Positions 28,400 to 38,030 of a stretch of 64,000 nt of DNA are shown here, piece after piece (the stretch's first letter is position 1; each line of letters opens with the position of its first letter). The stretch lies in the NCBI GenBank assembly GCA_022447855.1, contig JAKUTX010000005.1, positions 4,467 to 68,466 on the forward strand, read 5' to 3'. Below the pieces are notes generated by a model. That model saw only the letters and a program-made list of their open reading frames with translations, had not been told where the DNA came from and searched no databases. The position numbers and the translations under genes were made by a program. The DNA is from SAR202 cluster bacterium (GTDB taxonomy: Bacteria > Chloroflexota > Dehalococcoidia > Lucifugimonadales > UBA6927).

Positions 28400-29494
28400 A
28401 TGAGCACATTCACAGATAACCAAATTTCCCATGATCCTAGATATCCGACTTTACTTAGAAGGGGACATAGATATGAATTTTGCTTGGGGCAAAGAGTTCC
28501 TGTAGGCGGGTTTTATGGACCTTTGGATGTTTCTATTGGGGATGACGGATGGTTTTATGTATTAAATAGGTGGGAACAATTTCAAAATGTTCCTCGGAAT
28601 AGATACGTTCCAGTTACTATTGATGATGAATATGGAGAATTTATTTTCCCTACTATTGACGGGAAACCAGAAATTCAAGGGAAAGAAAAGTTTCCTTCCC
28701 CAGTAATGTGTACTATTGATAATGAAGGGGTTTTGTACTCTACTGATGAGCATGCAAATGTAGTTTTGATGCTTAGTACGTCTGGCGAAACTATCGGATG
28801 GTGGGGTGAGTTTGGATCTCAGGAAGGTCAATTAAATGGCCCATCTGGCATTACATTGGATTCAGATCAGAATCTATGGATAGTTAATTGTAATAATCAC
28901 AAAATCCAAAAGTTTACTCGCGAAGGTCAATTTGTCGATAGTTGGGGGGATTTTGGGACTGAGCTACATCAATTAAATCATCCATGGGGAATTACTATTG
29001 ATCCAATAGATAATTCTCTTCTGATTGCTGATTGGAGGAATGACTTAGTAAAAAGGTTTTCAACTGAAGGGGATCTTCTCCAGGTAATTGGTAGTCCAGG
29101 GAATGGGATAGGAGAGTTAGATAGACCAAGTTCTGTTGCGGTTGATCAACATGGGGACATCTATGTTGTTGATAGAGGAAACAACAGAGTGTTAATTTTT
29201 AATCATAGAGGAATGTTTTTGGAGTCGTTGATTGGTGATGGTACTGTAACTGACAAGGGTGTTCAAAAATTATTGGCAAATCCGGATGCCCTTAGACTAA
29301 GAGATAATGTGGTTAATTTTGACCGTGAAAAAAGGTTTGCTGCTCCAACCTCAGTTAAAGTGGATTTACAAGGGAGAGTATTTGTTGTTGATACTGGTAG
29401 GTGGAGGATTCAGGTTTATCAAAAATTATGGAGGGTTCTAGAAAATCATGAGATCGACTCCCCAGAAATGCATTTGGACCCGGAGATTTATTAA
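28400..29494 (+). CDS. NHL-repeat beta-propeller protein
   Basis: 364 aa. Repeated ~45-aa units with G.F..P.Gi..D..g.iyV.D..N.ri..F (e.g. LNGPSGITLDSDQNLWIVNCNNHKIQKF, LNHPWGITIDPIDNSLLIADWRNDLVKRF, LDRPSSVAVDQHGDIYVVDRGNNRVLIF). Confidence 0.75.
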   Translation: MSTFTDNQISHDPRYPTLLRRGHRYEFCLGQRVPVGGFYGPLDVSIGDDGWFYVLNRWEQFQNVPRNRYVPVTIDDEYGEFIFPTIDGKPEIQGKEKFPSPVMCTIDNEGVLYSTDEHANVVLMLSTSGETIGWWGEFGSQEGQLNGPSGITLDSDQNLWIVNCNNHKIQKFTREGQFVDSWGDFGTELHQLNHPWGITIDPIDNSLLIADWRNDLVKRFSTEGDLLQVIGSPGNGIGELDRPSSVAVDQHGDIYVVDRGNNRVLIFNHRGMFLESLIGDGTVTDKGVQKLLANPDALRLRDNVVNFDREKRFAAPTSVKVDLQGRVFVVDTGRWRIQVYQKLWRVLENHEIDSPEMHLDPEIY

Positions 29495-29514
29495 AAGGAA
29501 TAGTGTGAGAGAAT

Positions 29515-30057
29515 ATGATTTTAGGATCTGAAAAATTACTAGAAATGGTCAAGGAATTTCATTTAGTTGAAGGGCTGTCAGAAAGGGAGATAAAAAACCC
29601 CGAAGGCGCTGGGTTTGATCTTCGTTTAGGAGAAGTGTTCAAGATTGAAGGAGAAGGATTCCTAGGGGTTTCTGAGAGAGAAACCCCCTCAGCTATACCA
29701 ATAGCTGGAGGTGAAAAATGTAAGGACATCACTGAGGTCCAAATTCACCCGGGTGAATTTTATTTATTTAAGACTATCGAAACAGTGAATATTCCTGAGG
29801 ATATTACTGTAAATATTAAACCAAGGACTACCACATTTAGATCTGGGATTTATATTCGTTCAGGGAATGTTGCTCCAGGATATTCTGGAGAGTTAACATT
29901 TGCAGTAAAAAATGAAGGACCAAGTATTGTTCGTATAGAAATAGGAGCGAGGATTGTGCATGCTCAATTTTATAGAGTTGAAGGTTCGTCGAACACCTAT
30001 CGGGGTCAGTGGCAAGGAGGACGAGTGTCTACGGAATCTAGAGAAATCCAAGTTTAA
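29515..30057 (+). CDS. dCTP deaminase / dUTPase-fold protein (divergent Dcd-like paralogue)
   Basis: 180 aa. N-terminal GAGFDLRLG block and PGYSGELTFAVKNEG block correspond to Dcd/Dut-fold motifs. Clearly distinct from the canonical dcd at 33343..33924. Confidence 0.6.
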   Translation: MILGSEKLLEMVKEFHLVEGLSEREIKNPEGAGFDLRLGEVFKIEGEGFLGVSERETPSAIPIAGGEKCKDITEVQIHPGEFYLFKTIETVNIPEDITVNIKPRTTTFRSGIYIRSGNVAPGYSGELTFAVKNEGPSIVRIEIGARIVHAQFYRVEGSSNTYRGQWQGGRVSTESREIQV

Positions 30058-30092
30058 ATTTCTATTTTCTCAATAGAGGAACATACTATCAG

Positions 30093-31592
30093 ATGAAAAT
30101 TTTCCCTTTTAGAGTTTTTGGCCAATTAATTCTAATATTTGTAACTGTGATATTCGTTGGATGTGCGAGTAATAATCAAAGTTTGGTTAAACCCACACCT
30201 AAACCAAATCCATTGTCTATAGAAGATGATTATTCTATTAAGCTTCATGTATATCCAACTCCCATTTCAGTTGGTGATATTCTTTCTGATTCGACAAAAG
30301 CTTCGAATAATGAATTAAATGTTTCTGTAAAACCAGTATCCTCTAATTCTTCCAAAAATGTTGAGAACCAATTGGAACCACCAAAAACTGTTAGAATTCC
30401 GACTAATGGGGAACATATTAAATTGCCCTCAATTCACATTTCTGGGAAGAGACAAACAAAAGATTTAGTTACACTTGAGACCACCCCTTTTACAGAAATC
30501 CCTTTCACGGAAGATAGCTTTAGCCGTCCGATGCTTTTCACAGATTTGGTAAGAAAGGATCATCAATGGAAATTTACTTCCAGTGCTGTTAATGCTCTTG
30601 GAGATGATTTTGGCTCTTTGGTTGGTGCAATGGATGCGACATGGTCACCTGACGGGAAAAAATTGGCTTATGTTTCTGAAGATCAATTTGCACTTGCCAT
30701 TGCTAGTGATCAAGGAGAGATTTTTTTAGGGATTAATAGTTTTGTTCATTATCCTATTTTTGAATGGTTATCTTGGTCGCCAAATAGTCAATTTCTCGCG
30801 GTTATGGTTTTTAATTGGTGTGCGGTCGGATCGAATATCGCTGAACTAGTTATTATTGATGTTGATAACAAGACGCTTAAAAGATATGACTATTATGAAT
30901 TTTGGCAATCTGAAGGCACGGAAGATGGCCCTACAAAATTTTCTAAGCCTACTCAGTTTCGTTGGTCACCAGACGGAAAAAAACTATTAATTTCTTGGGA
31001 TTATGTCATGGTCTTAGATGTGTTTAATAACAAATATGAATATATTTTGAAAGAAGGGATTATCCCAGATTGGTCTGCTGATAGCGAAGGAATTTATTAT
31101 CTTAAATATCAAGAGCCCAATAATAGGACCTCAAATGATTCAGTTACTGGGATGTATTTTTTGTCGATAGAAGACGATTCCTATCCAAAGTTAATTGCAA
31201 GCGAAAACGATTTAAAAACATTGTTGGGCGTTTCTCAGAATCAAAAGATTTCTGGGATTATTGATCAATCTAATGATGGATCACAGTTGGCTTTGAGTAT
31301 TTCTAGCGGATCTAACGCGAGTGAATATATGAGCAAAGTTTTTGTATTTGATATTTTGTCTGAAAGATTAATGCATTTGGAACAACCGCAGGGTGTTTAT
31401 GAGATTAGCAAAAGAATTGAATCAATTCAATGGTCTGTTGATGGAGGAAGTATTTCAGCAATTATTTCTTCCGACAAAATTTCCTTGGAGCTATTAAATT
31501 TGTCAAATGGAGCATGGACTTTGTTGAAAAAATTGGAGATCCCTCCAGCATTTTTGCCATCATTAAATAAACGAATAAGATGGGGATCTTAG
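30093..31592 (+). CDS. lipoprotein with TolB/DPP-IV-like beta-propeller repeats
   Basis: 499 aa. Signal peptide plus lipobox (VIFVGC|ASNN). Recurrent WSPDGKKL / WSPNSQFL / WSADSEGIYY / WSVDGGSI blade motifs. Confidence 0.6.
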   Translation: MKIFPFRVFGQLILIFVTVIFVGCASNNQSLVKPTPKPNPLSIEDDYSIKLHVYPTPISVGDILSDSTKASNNELNVSVKPVSSNSSKNVENQLEPPKTVRIPTNGEHIKLPSIHISGKRQTKDLVTLETTPFTEIPFTEDSFSRPMLFTDLVRKDHQWKFTSSAVNALGDDFGSLVGAMDATWSPDGKKLAYVSEDQFALAIASDQGEIFLGINSFVHYPIFEWLSWSPNSQFLAVMVFNWCAVGSNIAELVIIDVDNKTLKRYDYYEFWQSEGTEDGPTKFSKPTQFRWSPDGKKLLISWDYVMVLDVFNNKYEYILKEGIIPDWSADSEGIYYLKYQEPNNRTSNDSVTGMYFLSIEDDSYPKLIASENDLKTLLGVSQNQKISGIIDQSNDGSQLALSISSGSNASEYMSKVFVFDILSERLMHLEQPQGVYEISKRIESIQWSVDGGSISAIISSDKISLELLNLSNGAWTLLKKLEIPPAFLPSLNKRIRWGS

Positions 31593-31712
31593 ATTCAGGT
31601 TTTATTTAACTAAATCTTTCTTACTTACCTTTTACAATAGACTACTGCATGTAATATAGTTGGATATATAAAGCTCATTTGAGTTTACTAAGGTTCATAG
31701 TGAGGAATTCTT

Positions 31713-33302
31713 ATGCCAGAAAATTTTGACCCTCAGGAAAGTACCCTGATTGGGCGTTATTTCACCAATTTAGATAAAGATATATTTTGTTTAGTTAATT
31801 TGCCTGAAGTTGTTAAAGGTACATTGTTTTCAAGATATAGTCGTACAGAGAAAACTCTTCGAAGGGTTCTTTTGGATGAGTTTATTAATGCTCCGGAAAT
31901 GGAATTTGACGAAATTGTAGGATCTCCAAATCAAAATCAATCGGATCCTTTATTGGCAATAGAAAAGGCTGAACGCTTTTATGATCGAGTATTGGTAGGT
32001 TATGGTGATGATTCTGTGGCAGAATTAGCCGGGGTACATATTGCTTGTGAGAACATTTCGAGTTTGGCAGCCGATTATCTAACTAATCCCAGAATAGGTA
32101 TTTCCCCACTCGAAAAATCTGCTAGATATGTAATGTTTGATGAGAAGGTTGATGGAGATTATTTGTACTATAAAGACCCATCAATTATGGCTTCAAAGTA
32201 TTCCCAGAATTTTATTGATTCAATGCGTAATTTATTTGAATCTTATAGATCTTGGATCTATGAGGCTATGGATTATGTTCGCGAAGTATCGCCACAAGAT
32301 TCTGATACTTCTGATCGTGCTTATGCAAGTGCTGTTCGAGCAAAAGGCTGTGATATAGTTAAAAATATTTTACCTGCATCGAGGTTGACTAATGTTGGTT
32401 TGTTTGGCAATGGTCGAGCGTATGAATATTTGATTAGCTCTTTGTATTCTACTGAACTTTCTGAGACACAGGAGATTGGTAATGCAATGCACAATGAGAT
32501 GCGGAAAGTTATTCCTAGTTTTGTAAAAAGGTCTCAAAGGAATGAATATTTGGTACATCGTAGGAGTCCTGTGCAAAATGCCAAATTAGCATCACCACAA
32601 GGATTATCCAAAGAGAATTCAGTAACATTGGTGGATTTTGATGATGATGCAGAAAAAATTGTTGCATCTGCGATTTTATATCCACATGCCCAAACAAATA
32701 TGGGAGAAATAAAGACTTTAATTGATTCTGAATCGTCAGAATATATAGAAAATGTAATTAAAGAATATGTAAATAATCGATCATCTCGCAGAGATAGGCC
32801 CGGTAGACCTTTTGAGAACGTTTTTTACACATTTGAATTTTTAAGTAGTTACGGTGTATATAGAGATTTTCATAGGCACAGACAACTAACTCAAGAAGCT
32901 CAAATTTTAACCCCTGATCTTGGTTATGATATTCCTATAGAAGTAGAGGATATGGGCTTAGAAGATGAATGGAATAGTCGAATGGATGAGGCTGCAGAAG
33001 TGGCTAAGAAAATTGCTGATAGTGGATTGCTATTAGAGTCGCAATATGCGCTCCCCAGGCAATTTAAAGTTCGATGGTATATGAAAATGAATTTGAGAGA
33101 AATTTTCCATATGGTTGAGTTGAGGTCTGGTCCACAAGGGCATCCAGACTATCGCAAAATTGCTCAATCAATTTATCATGAAGTACAAAAAGTACATCCA
33201 GTTTTAGCATCAGGGATTTCGTTTGTTGATTTAAATGAATATGCTCTTCCAAGACTTGACGCTGAAAAAAGATTGGATGTTAAAAGAGCCAGATTAAAAT
33301 AA
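31713..33302 (+). CDS. thyX: flavin-dependent thymidylate synthase ThyX family, double-length form
   Basis: 529 aa, about twice the usual ThyX length. ThyX-like signature FHRHRQLTQ at 32871..32894 in the C-terminal half. The N-terminal half (GTLFSRYSRTEKTLRRV) looks like a degenerate copy. Confidence 0.65.
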   Translation: MPENFDPQESTLIGRYFTNLDKDIFCLVNLPEVVKGTLFSRYSRTEKTLRRVLLDEFINAPEMEFDEIVGSPNQNQSDPLLAIEKAERFYDRVLVGYGDDSVAELAGVHIACENISSLAADYLTNPRIGISPLEKSARYVMFDEKVDGDYLYYKDPSIMASKYSQNFIDSMRNLFESYRSWIYEAMDYVREVSPQDSDTSDRAYASAVRAKGCDIVKNILPASRLTNVGLFGNGRAYEYLISSLYSTELSETQEIGNAMHNEMRKVIPSFVKRSQRNEYLVHRRSPVQNAKLASPQGLSKENSVTLVDFDDDAEKIVASAILYPHAQTNMGEIKTLIDSESSEYIENVIKEYVNNRSSRRDRPGRPFENVFYTFEFLSSYGVYRDFHRHRQLTQEAQILTPDLGYDIPIEVEDMGLEDEWNSRMDEAAEVAKKIADSGLLLESQYALPRQFKVRWYMKMNLREIFHMVELRSGPQGHPDYRKIAQSIYHEVQKVHPVLASGISFVDLNEYALPRLDAEKRLDVKRARLK

Positions 33303-33342
33303 ACAGTATATTTTCAATTTCTCGGTACAGTTTATTGGAATT

Positions 33343-33924
33343 TTAGGGATTTTCTTGTGAAAATTCGGCCCATAACTTACTAGGTGCTGGAGTTTTTTGG
33401 TCCATGTACTTTGGGTTAATAGTATCTCCATATGGGCGACTACTCGAATCGGTTAGTTTGTGAAATGTGAATGTGCATATTTTCATCATTGGATATAGAG
33501 CAACGGCCATTCTGCCCAAATTAGCTAATTCTAGTGTGGGTTTGCCTCGCCATCCTGGATGGAACAATCCTGCGGTGCCGTGGACAATTATGCCCAATCT
33601 TCCTAAACTGCTGCGTCCATCTAGTCTTGCTAAAAGGTCAGGAGGGATTTCCAAGGATTCGAAAGTGTTGGCCAACACCAATTCTCCCGGTTGAATTACG
33701 AAAGGTTCATTATCTTTGATATTAATAGTTCTAAATAAATCTTCAGGCACCTCTTCTCGTGTGTCTATATATCCCCTACGACCATAATCAAAGACGCGTA
33801 ATTCATGGCCCAGTCGGAAATCTAGCGAGGCTGGCCCTAGCTGTGAATTCAAATCAGGAAGTGGATCGACTTTAATATGTTGGGATTTTAAGCTCTCCCT
33901 CAAATCGTTATCTGATAGGATCAT
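33343..33924 (-). CDS. dcd: dCTP deaminase
   Basis: 193 aa. MILSD.. N-terminus, ASLDFRLG, DGRSSLGRLGIIVH and PGWRGKPTLELANLG blocks are canonical Dcd. Confidence 0.85.
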   Translation of the reverse strand: MILSDNDLRESLKSQHIKVDPLPDLNSQLGPASLDFRLGHELRVFDYGRRGYIDTREEVPEDLFRTINIKDNEPFVIQPGELVLANTFESLEIPPDLLARLDGRSSLGRLGIIVHGTAGLFHPGWRGKPTLELANLGRMAVALYPMMKICTFTFHKLTDSSSRPYGDTINPKYMDQKTPAPSKLWAEFSQENP

Positions 33925-34002
33925 ATTTCACCTTTAATTGTTTTATTAGATACGTAAATTATAAATAGTTTTTGAGAAATTTTCTTTCGAGGAATTCTGG
34001 GT

Positions 34003-34602
34003 TTATTTTAGTGATTGTATTTCATTTTTTAGTAGATTTGCTGAATTTATTTCATTTTTATGCCTGATAGGGTGCAAAAACTCTAAAGCTTTTTGTAAAT
34101 CTTGAGTTGCTAGATCCGTTTGTTTTTTCTTCAGGTATAGCCTTGCGCGGTCAACATACACTGGACCAAATTCTGGATCGATTTTTATTGCGCTTTCAAA
34201 ATCATTTAGTGCATATTCGTAAACATCTTTGTTTAGATAAGCTTTGCCGCGCCCATGGAATCCGTGTGGCATGTTTGGAAGCATAGCTATTACTGGACCG
34301 AAAGCCACAATTGATTCATCCCATAATTCCATTTCTAATAGCCTGAAAGCTCGCGAATAATAAAACAAAGCGGCAGGAGCTGTCGTGGGAGTCGAGATTG
34401 GATTAAGCACCTTGTTTTCATTTGGTTTTGTTGTAGGTATTGGACTAGGAACATTTTTTGTTTCTATAGGTTCGATGGGGTTTGGAAATTCAGTAGAGTT
34501 ACTTTTCACAGAATCACATGCTGATAAAGCCAAGATAAAAAATGTAGCTACCAAGAAATATTTGATGTAAGGACTATGAATCGTTTTCAACAGATTTTCC
34601 AT
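34003..34602 (-). CDS. TPR-repeat lipoprotein
   Basis: 199 aa. Lipobox LALSAC|DS, a Pro/Thr-rich linker, then TPR-like units (GRGKAYLNKDVYEYALNDFESAIKIDPEF..). Confidence 0.6.
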   Translation of the reverse strand: MENLLKTIHSPYIKYFLVATFFILALSACDSVKSNSTEFPNPIEPIETKNVPSPIPTTKPNENKVLNPISTPTTAPAALFYYSRAFRLLEMELWDESIVAFGPVIAMLPNMPHGFHGRGKAYLNKDVYEYALNDFESAIKIDPEFGPVYVDRARLYLKKKQTDLATQDLQKALEFLHPIRHKNEINSANLLKNEIQSLK

Positions 34603-34734
34603 TATAAGTTAGTTCATACATTTAAACATATGACAGTAGACAAAAATAGGGACATGTTTTTTTGGAGTGAGTAAAGAAGTGAAATTACTAAAAATATGTA
34701 TTATCCTTCAAAGATAATCGTTTAGGAGGATCAA

Positions 34735-35247
34735 TTGATACGAAGTCTCAATAAGAAAACGCCTCAAATTCATCCAAATGCATTTGTAAGTGAAGCTGCT
34801 TATATTGTGGGTGACGTTCAAATAGATGAAGGCGCAAGCATATGGCCTGGAACTGTAATTCGTGCTGATTCAGGATATATAAAAATCGGTAAAAATACAT
34901 GTATACAAGATAATTCTGTCCTACATGGTGATGATGATGTTGTAATTGGTGAAAATGTGGTTATTGGGCATAGAGTTTTGTGCCATGCAAAAAATGTTGG
35001 TGACCGTTCTCTAATTGGTAATGGAGCAACAGTAAATGATGGTGTGATTATTGGAGAGGATAGTCTTTTAGCATCTGGGACTGTTGTTTTAGAAAATCAA
35101 CAATTTGAAGCTAGGAGTATGGTTGTAGGAGTTCCAGGTAAGAGGATAGGTAAGGTTCAGAATAGACATATTGAGTTAATTAAAAATATTGCTGAAATGT
35201 ACAAGGATCGCGGGGAATTGTATAAATCTGAGGGGAATTTAGAATAA
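34735..35247 (+). CDS. gamma-class carbonic anhydrase-like / hexapeptide-repeat (LbH) protein
   Basis: 170 aa. Left-handed beta-helix hexapeptide repeats. The N-terminal block P.IHPNAFVSEAAYIVGDVQIDEGASIWPGTVIRAD is typical of the YrdA/PaaY family. Confidence 0.8.
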   Translation: MIRSLNKKTPQIHPNAFVSEAAYIVGDVQIDEGASIWPGTVIRADSGYIKIGKNTCIQDNSVLHGDDDVVIGENVVIGHRVLCHAKNVGDRSLIGNGATVNDGVIIGEDSLLASGTVVLENQQFEARSMVVGVPGKRIGKVQNRHIELIKNIAEMYKDRGELYKSEGNLE

Positions 35248-35262
35248 GAATGTATTGTGAAT

Positions 35263-36951
35263 TCACATTGAAGTAGGAGATCGCATACCCATTAATTCTA
35301 GACAGCGTGATAGGACCATCATTGAAGCACTGACAAGTTTTAGACGTGCCATTGTTAAATCGTTATCGTTCTCTAAAATAACCCTGCATCTATCATAAAA
35401 TCCGTGAAATGATGTTGCTAACTCAATAGAATAATATGGTAAATGATGAGGCTCTAATGAATCAGATGCTATCTCGATTATTTCTGGCAACTTAAGCATT
35501 GATTTTATTAACTTTAATTCGGATTCAGTATTTAAAAAAGAAACTTCCGCATCCGCAAACTTAATATTTTGTTCTTTAGCTTTTTCGATAATATTGTAAG
35601 CTCTAGCAAATGCGTATTGTATATAATAAACAGGATTTTCATTCGATTGTTGCTTGGCTAATTCTAGGTCGAATTCCATTTGACTTCTTGATGAATGAGA
35701 TAAGAAAAAATAGCGACATGCATCGGGTCCAACATCATTTATAAGTTCGCTTAAAAGGGAAATATTCCCAGACCTTTTTGAAAGGCGTACTGATTCACTG
35801 CCTACTTTGAAAGTAACGATTTGAGTAATCAAGATTGTCAATTTTTCGGGGTCAATATCCAATGCTCCCATTGCTGCCTTCATTCTCGAAATATGTCCCT
35901 GGTGGTCAGCTCCCCAAACATCTATTACTTGATCAAATTTCCTATTGGCAAATTTATCGTGATGATATGCAATGTCAGACGCAAAATAAGTTGGGGAACC
36001 ATTTTTACGTACTAGAACATTGTCTTTTTCTTCACCCAATTTGGTGGAGGAAAACCATAATGCCCCATCCTTGGAATTTGTATGTTTTTGGCTTTCTAAA
36101 ATTTCCAGAGTCTTTTTGTATTGACCAGAAGTAAAAAGAGTCCGTTCGCTAAACCATTCGTCGTAGTGAATATTCAGTTTGCTTAAATCCTCTTTGATTT
36201 CGGCGAGCATTTTAGTAAGACCGAAATCGATTGAAAGTTTTAAGGATTCTTTCTCGTCAAGAGTTAGTATAGTGTCACCAAATTTTTCCCGAAACTTGTT
36301 TGCAATTTCTCCAACGTATTCTCCCTTGTATCCTCCATCAGGTACTTCTTTAGGTTTTCCACTAATTGTGAAATAGTTTGCTAAAATACTTTCCCCAAAC
36401 ATTTTTATTTGACTGCCATAATCGTTTATATAATATTCTCTATGCACCCGATATCCCGCAGCTTCTAGTATGTTAGCCAATGTACTGCCGAACACTACAC
36501 CTCTACCATGTCCAACGTGGAGTGGTCCTGTTGGATTATTACTTCCAAATTCCAATTGAATAGTTTTCCCTGAACCATTTGAGAGATTTCCGAAATTGTG
36601 TCCCGATTTGATGATTTCATTGACCTGATCTGTATACCACTCATCTGAGATGTGGAAATTAATAAATCCAGGTGCTGCAGGTACTATTTCTTTGATTGTG
36701 TTGCCAGGGGGATGAATTTCTTCAATTAGTGCTTTAGCAATTGCCATGGGGGACATTTTTAATGGTTTTGCAAGTCGTAGGGGCAATGTGGAGCAGATAT
36801 CTCCATGTTCGGGGTTTTTAGTGCGTTCAATTGTGATTTCAATATCTATAGAGTGAATGCCATGAGGAGGTAAAGCCCCTTTTTTTTGTGCATCAGAAAA
36901 AGAGGATTTTAATAGTGAAACAATGTCTTTTTTGAGATTACTTTCTAGCAT
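35263..36951 (-). CDS. argS: arginine--tRNA ligase
   Basis: 562 aa. Class-I HIGH motif variant (NPTGPLHVGHGRG) and a DALR anticodon-binding C-terminus ending ..RSPTSM. Confidence 0.95.
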   Translation of the reverse strand: MLESNLKKDIVSLLKSSFSDAQKKGALPPHGIHSIDIEITIERTKNPEHGDICSTLPLRLAKPLKMSPMAIAKALIEEIHPPGNTIKEIVPAAPGFINFHISDEWYTDQVNEIIKSGHNFGNLSNGSGKTIQLEFGSNNPTGPLHVGHGRGVVFGSTLANILEAAGYRVHREYYINDYGSQIKMFGESILANYFTISGKPKEVPDGGYKGEYVGEIANKFREKFGDTILTLDEKESLKLSIDFGLTKMLAEIKEDLSKLNIHYDEWFSERTLFTSGQYKKTLEILESQKHTNSKDGALWFSSTKLGEEKDNVLVRKNGSPTYFASDIAYHHDKFANRKFDQVIDVWGADHQGHISRMKAAMGALDIDPEKLTILITQIVTFKVGSESVRLSKRSGNISLLSELINDVGPDACRYFFLSHSSRSQMEFDLELAKQQSNENPVYYIQYAFARAYNIIEKAKEQNIKFADAEVSFLNTESELKLIKSMLKLPEIIEIASDSLEPHHLPYYSIELATSFHGFYDRCRVILENDNDLTMARLKLVSASMMVLSRCLELMGMRSPTSM

Positions 36952-36971
36952 TTAAAAACTCTCTGGAGTAA

Positions 36972-38030
36972 TTAGGAATGGACTATAATTAATGGGGAAT
37001 TGTTATTTTCTTTATTTGAAACTTTACCAATAACAATTGGATCTGGACAGTCTCTTTTCTTCATTTCTTCTAAGAGAAGCGGCAAATTTTTTTCTGAAAT
37101 TGATATTAAAAGTCCACCGGATGTTTGAGCGTCACTAAGTAACAATTTTTCGTCTTCTTTTACGTGTTTGTCCCAATCAACAGTAGATGAAATTGAATCT
37201 AAATTACGAAATGTGCCACCGGGAAGAATTTTCTTTTTAATTAAATCCCATACACCCTGTATTACAGGTATTTTATTGACTTCAATGGTTGCTGTTTTGT
37301 TGCTTGCTTCCATCATTGATTTTAAATGTCCTAGTAACCCGAATCCTGTAATGTCAGTGCAAGCATTTGCTCCAGCAGAGACCATAGATAAGGATGCATT
37401 TTGATTTAGGGCTTTCATATGTGATGTCGCCAAGTTAAGCGTTTCCAGATCATCTAACGCTGATTGTTTTGCTGCTGTTGTAATGATACCAGTCCCTAAA
37501 GGTTTGGTTAAAACTAATAGGTCTCCATCCTTTGCATTTGCATTAGATATTTGCTCTCCTGGTTTAACAATGCCCAAAATTGCTAATCCATATTTTGGTT
37601 CTGCGTCATCGACCGTATGTCCCCCAGAAATTATGGCTCCAGCTTCTTGGATTTTGTTGGCTCCCCCTTTTAGGATGCTAGTTAAGATTTCTTTTGGTAA
37701 ATCAATAGGAAATCCAACAATGTTAAGGGCCAAAATTGGTTTTCCTCCCATTGCATATATGTCACTTAAAGCGTTAGATGCAGCAATTTCGCCGAAAGTG
37801 TATGGATCATCAACTATTGGGGGAAAAAAATCTACTGTAAATATTAATGCAGTATCGTCAGAAATTTTGTACACAGCTGCATCATCTTTTGTGTCAGATC
37901 CAATTAGAAGGTCTGGATGAGACATGATGGGTAGCTGACTCAGTACCTGAGCCAGGTCTTCAGGACTAAATTTTGAGGCTCAGCCTGCGCAACTTGCAAG
38001 TTCAGTCAAACGAACTGAATCAGAATTCAT
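36972..38030 (-). CDS. selD: selenide, water dikinase (selenophosphate synthetase), Sec-containing form with in-frame UGA at codon 17
   Basis: The track ORF (36972..37925) starts at MSHPDLL and lacks the catalytic N-terminus. Upstream in frame: ATG 38030..38028 (GGAG 6 nt upstream) gives MNSDSVRLTELASCAG-U-ASKFSPEDLAQVLSQLPI. TGA at 37982..37980 aligns with E. coli SelD Cys17, and Lys20 is conserved. The body has PurM-like blocks (DDAAVY). Confidence 0.9.
37935..37955 (-). promoter_or_regulatory. candidate bacterial SECIS hairpin within selD
   Basis: mRNA CUGGCUCAG-GUA-CUGAGUCAG: 9-bp stem with one G:U and a GUA apical loop. Begins 24 nt after the UGA. Confidence 0.5.

Noticed and set aside
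29515-30057. Divergent dCTP-deaminase-fold gene as an anti-phage nucleotide-depletion defence gene
   Set aside because: It is only a bare 180-aa Dcd/Dut fold with no extra sensor or kinase-like domain. It sits with thyX and dcd in a metabolic context, with no other defence or mobile genes nearby. A metabolic role is more parsimonious.
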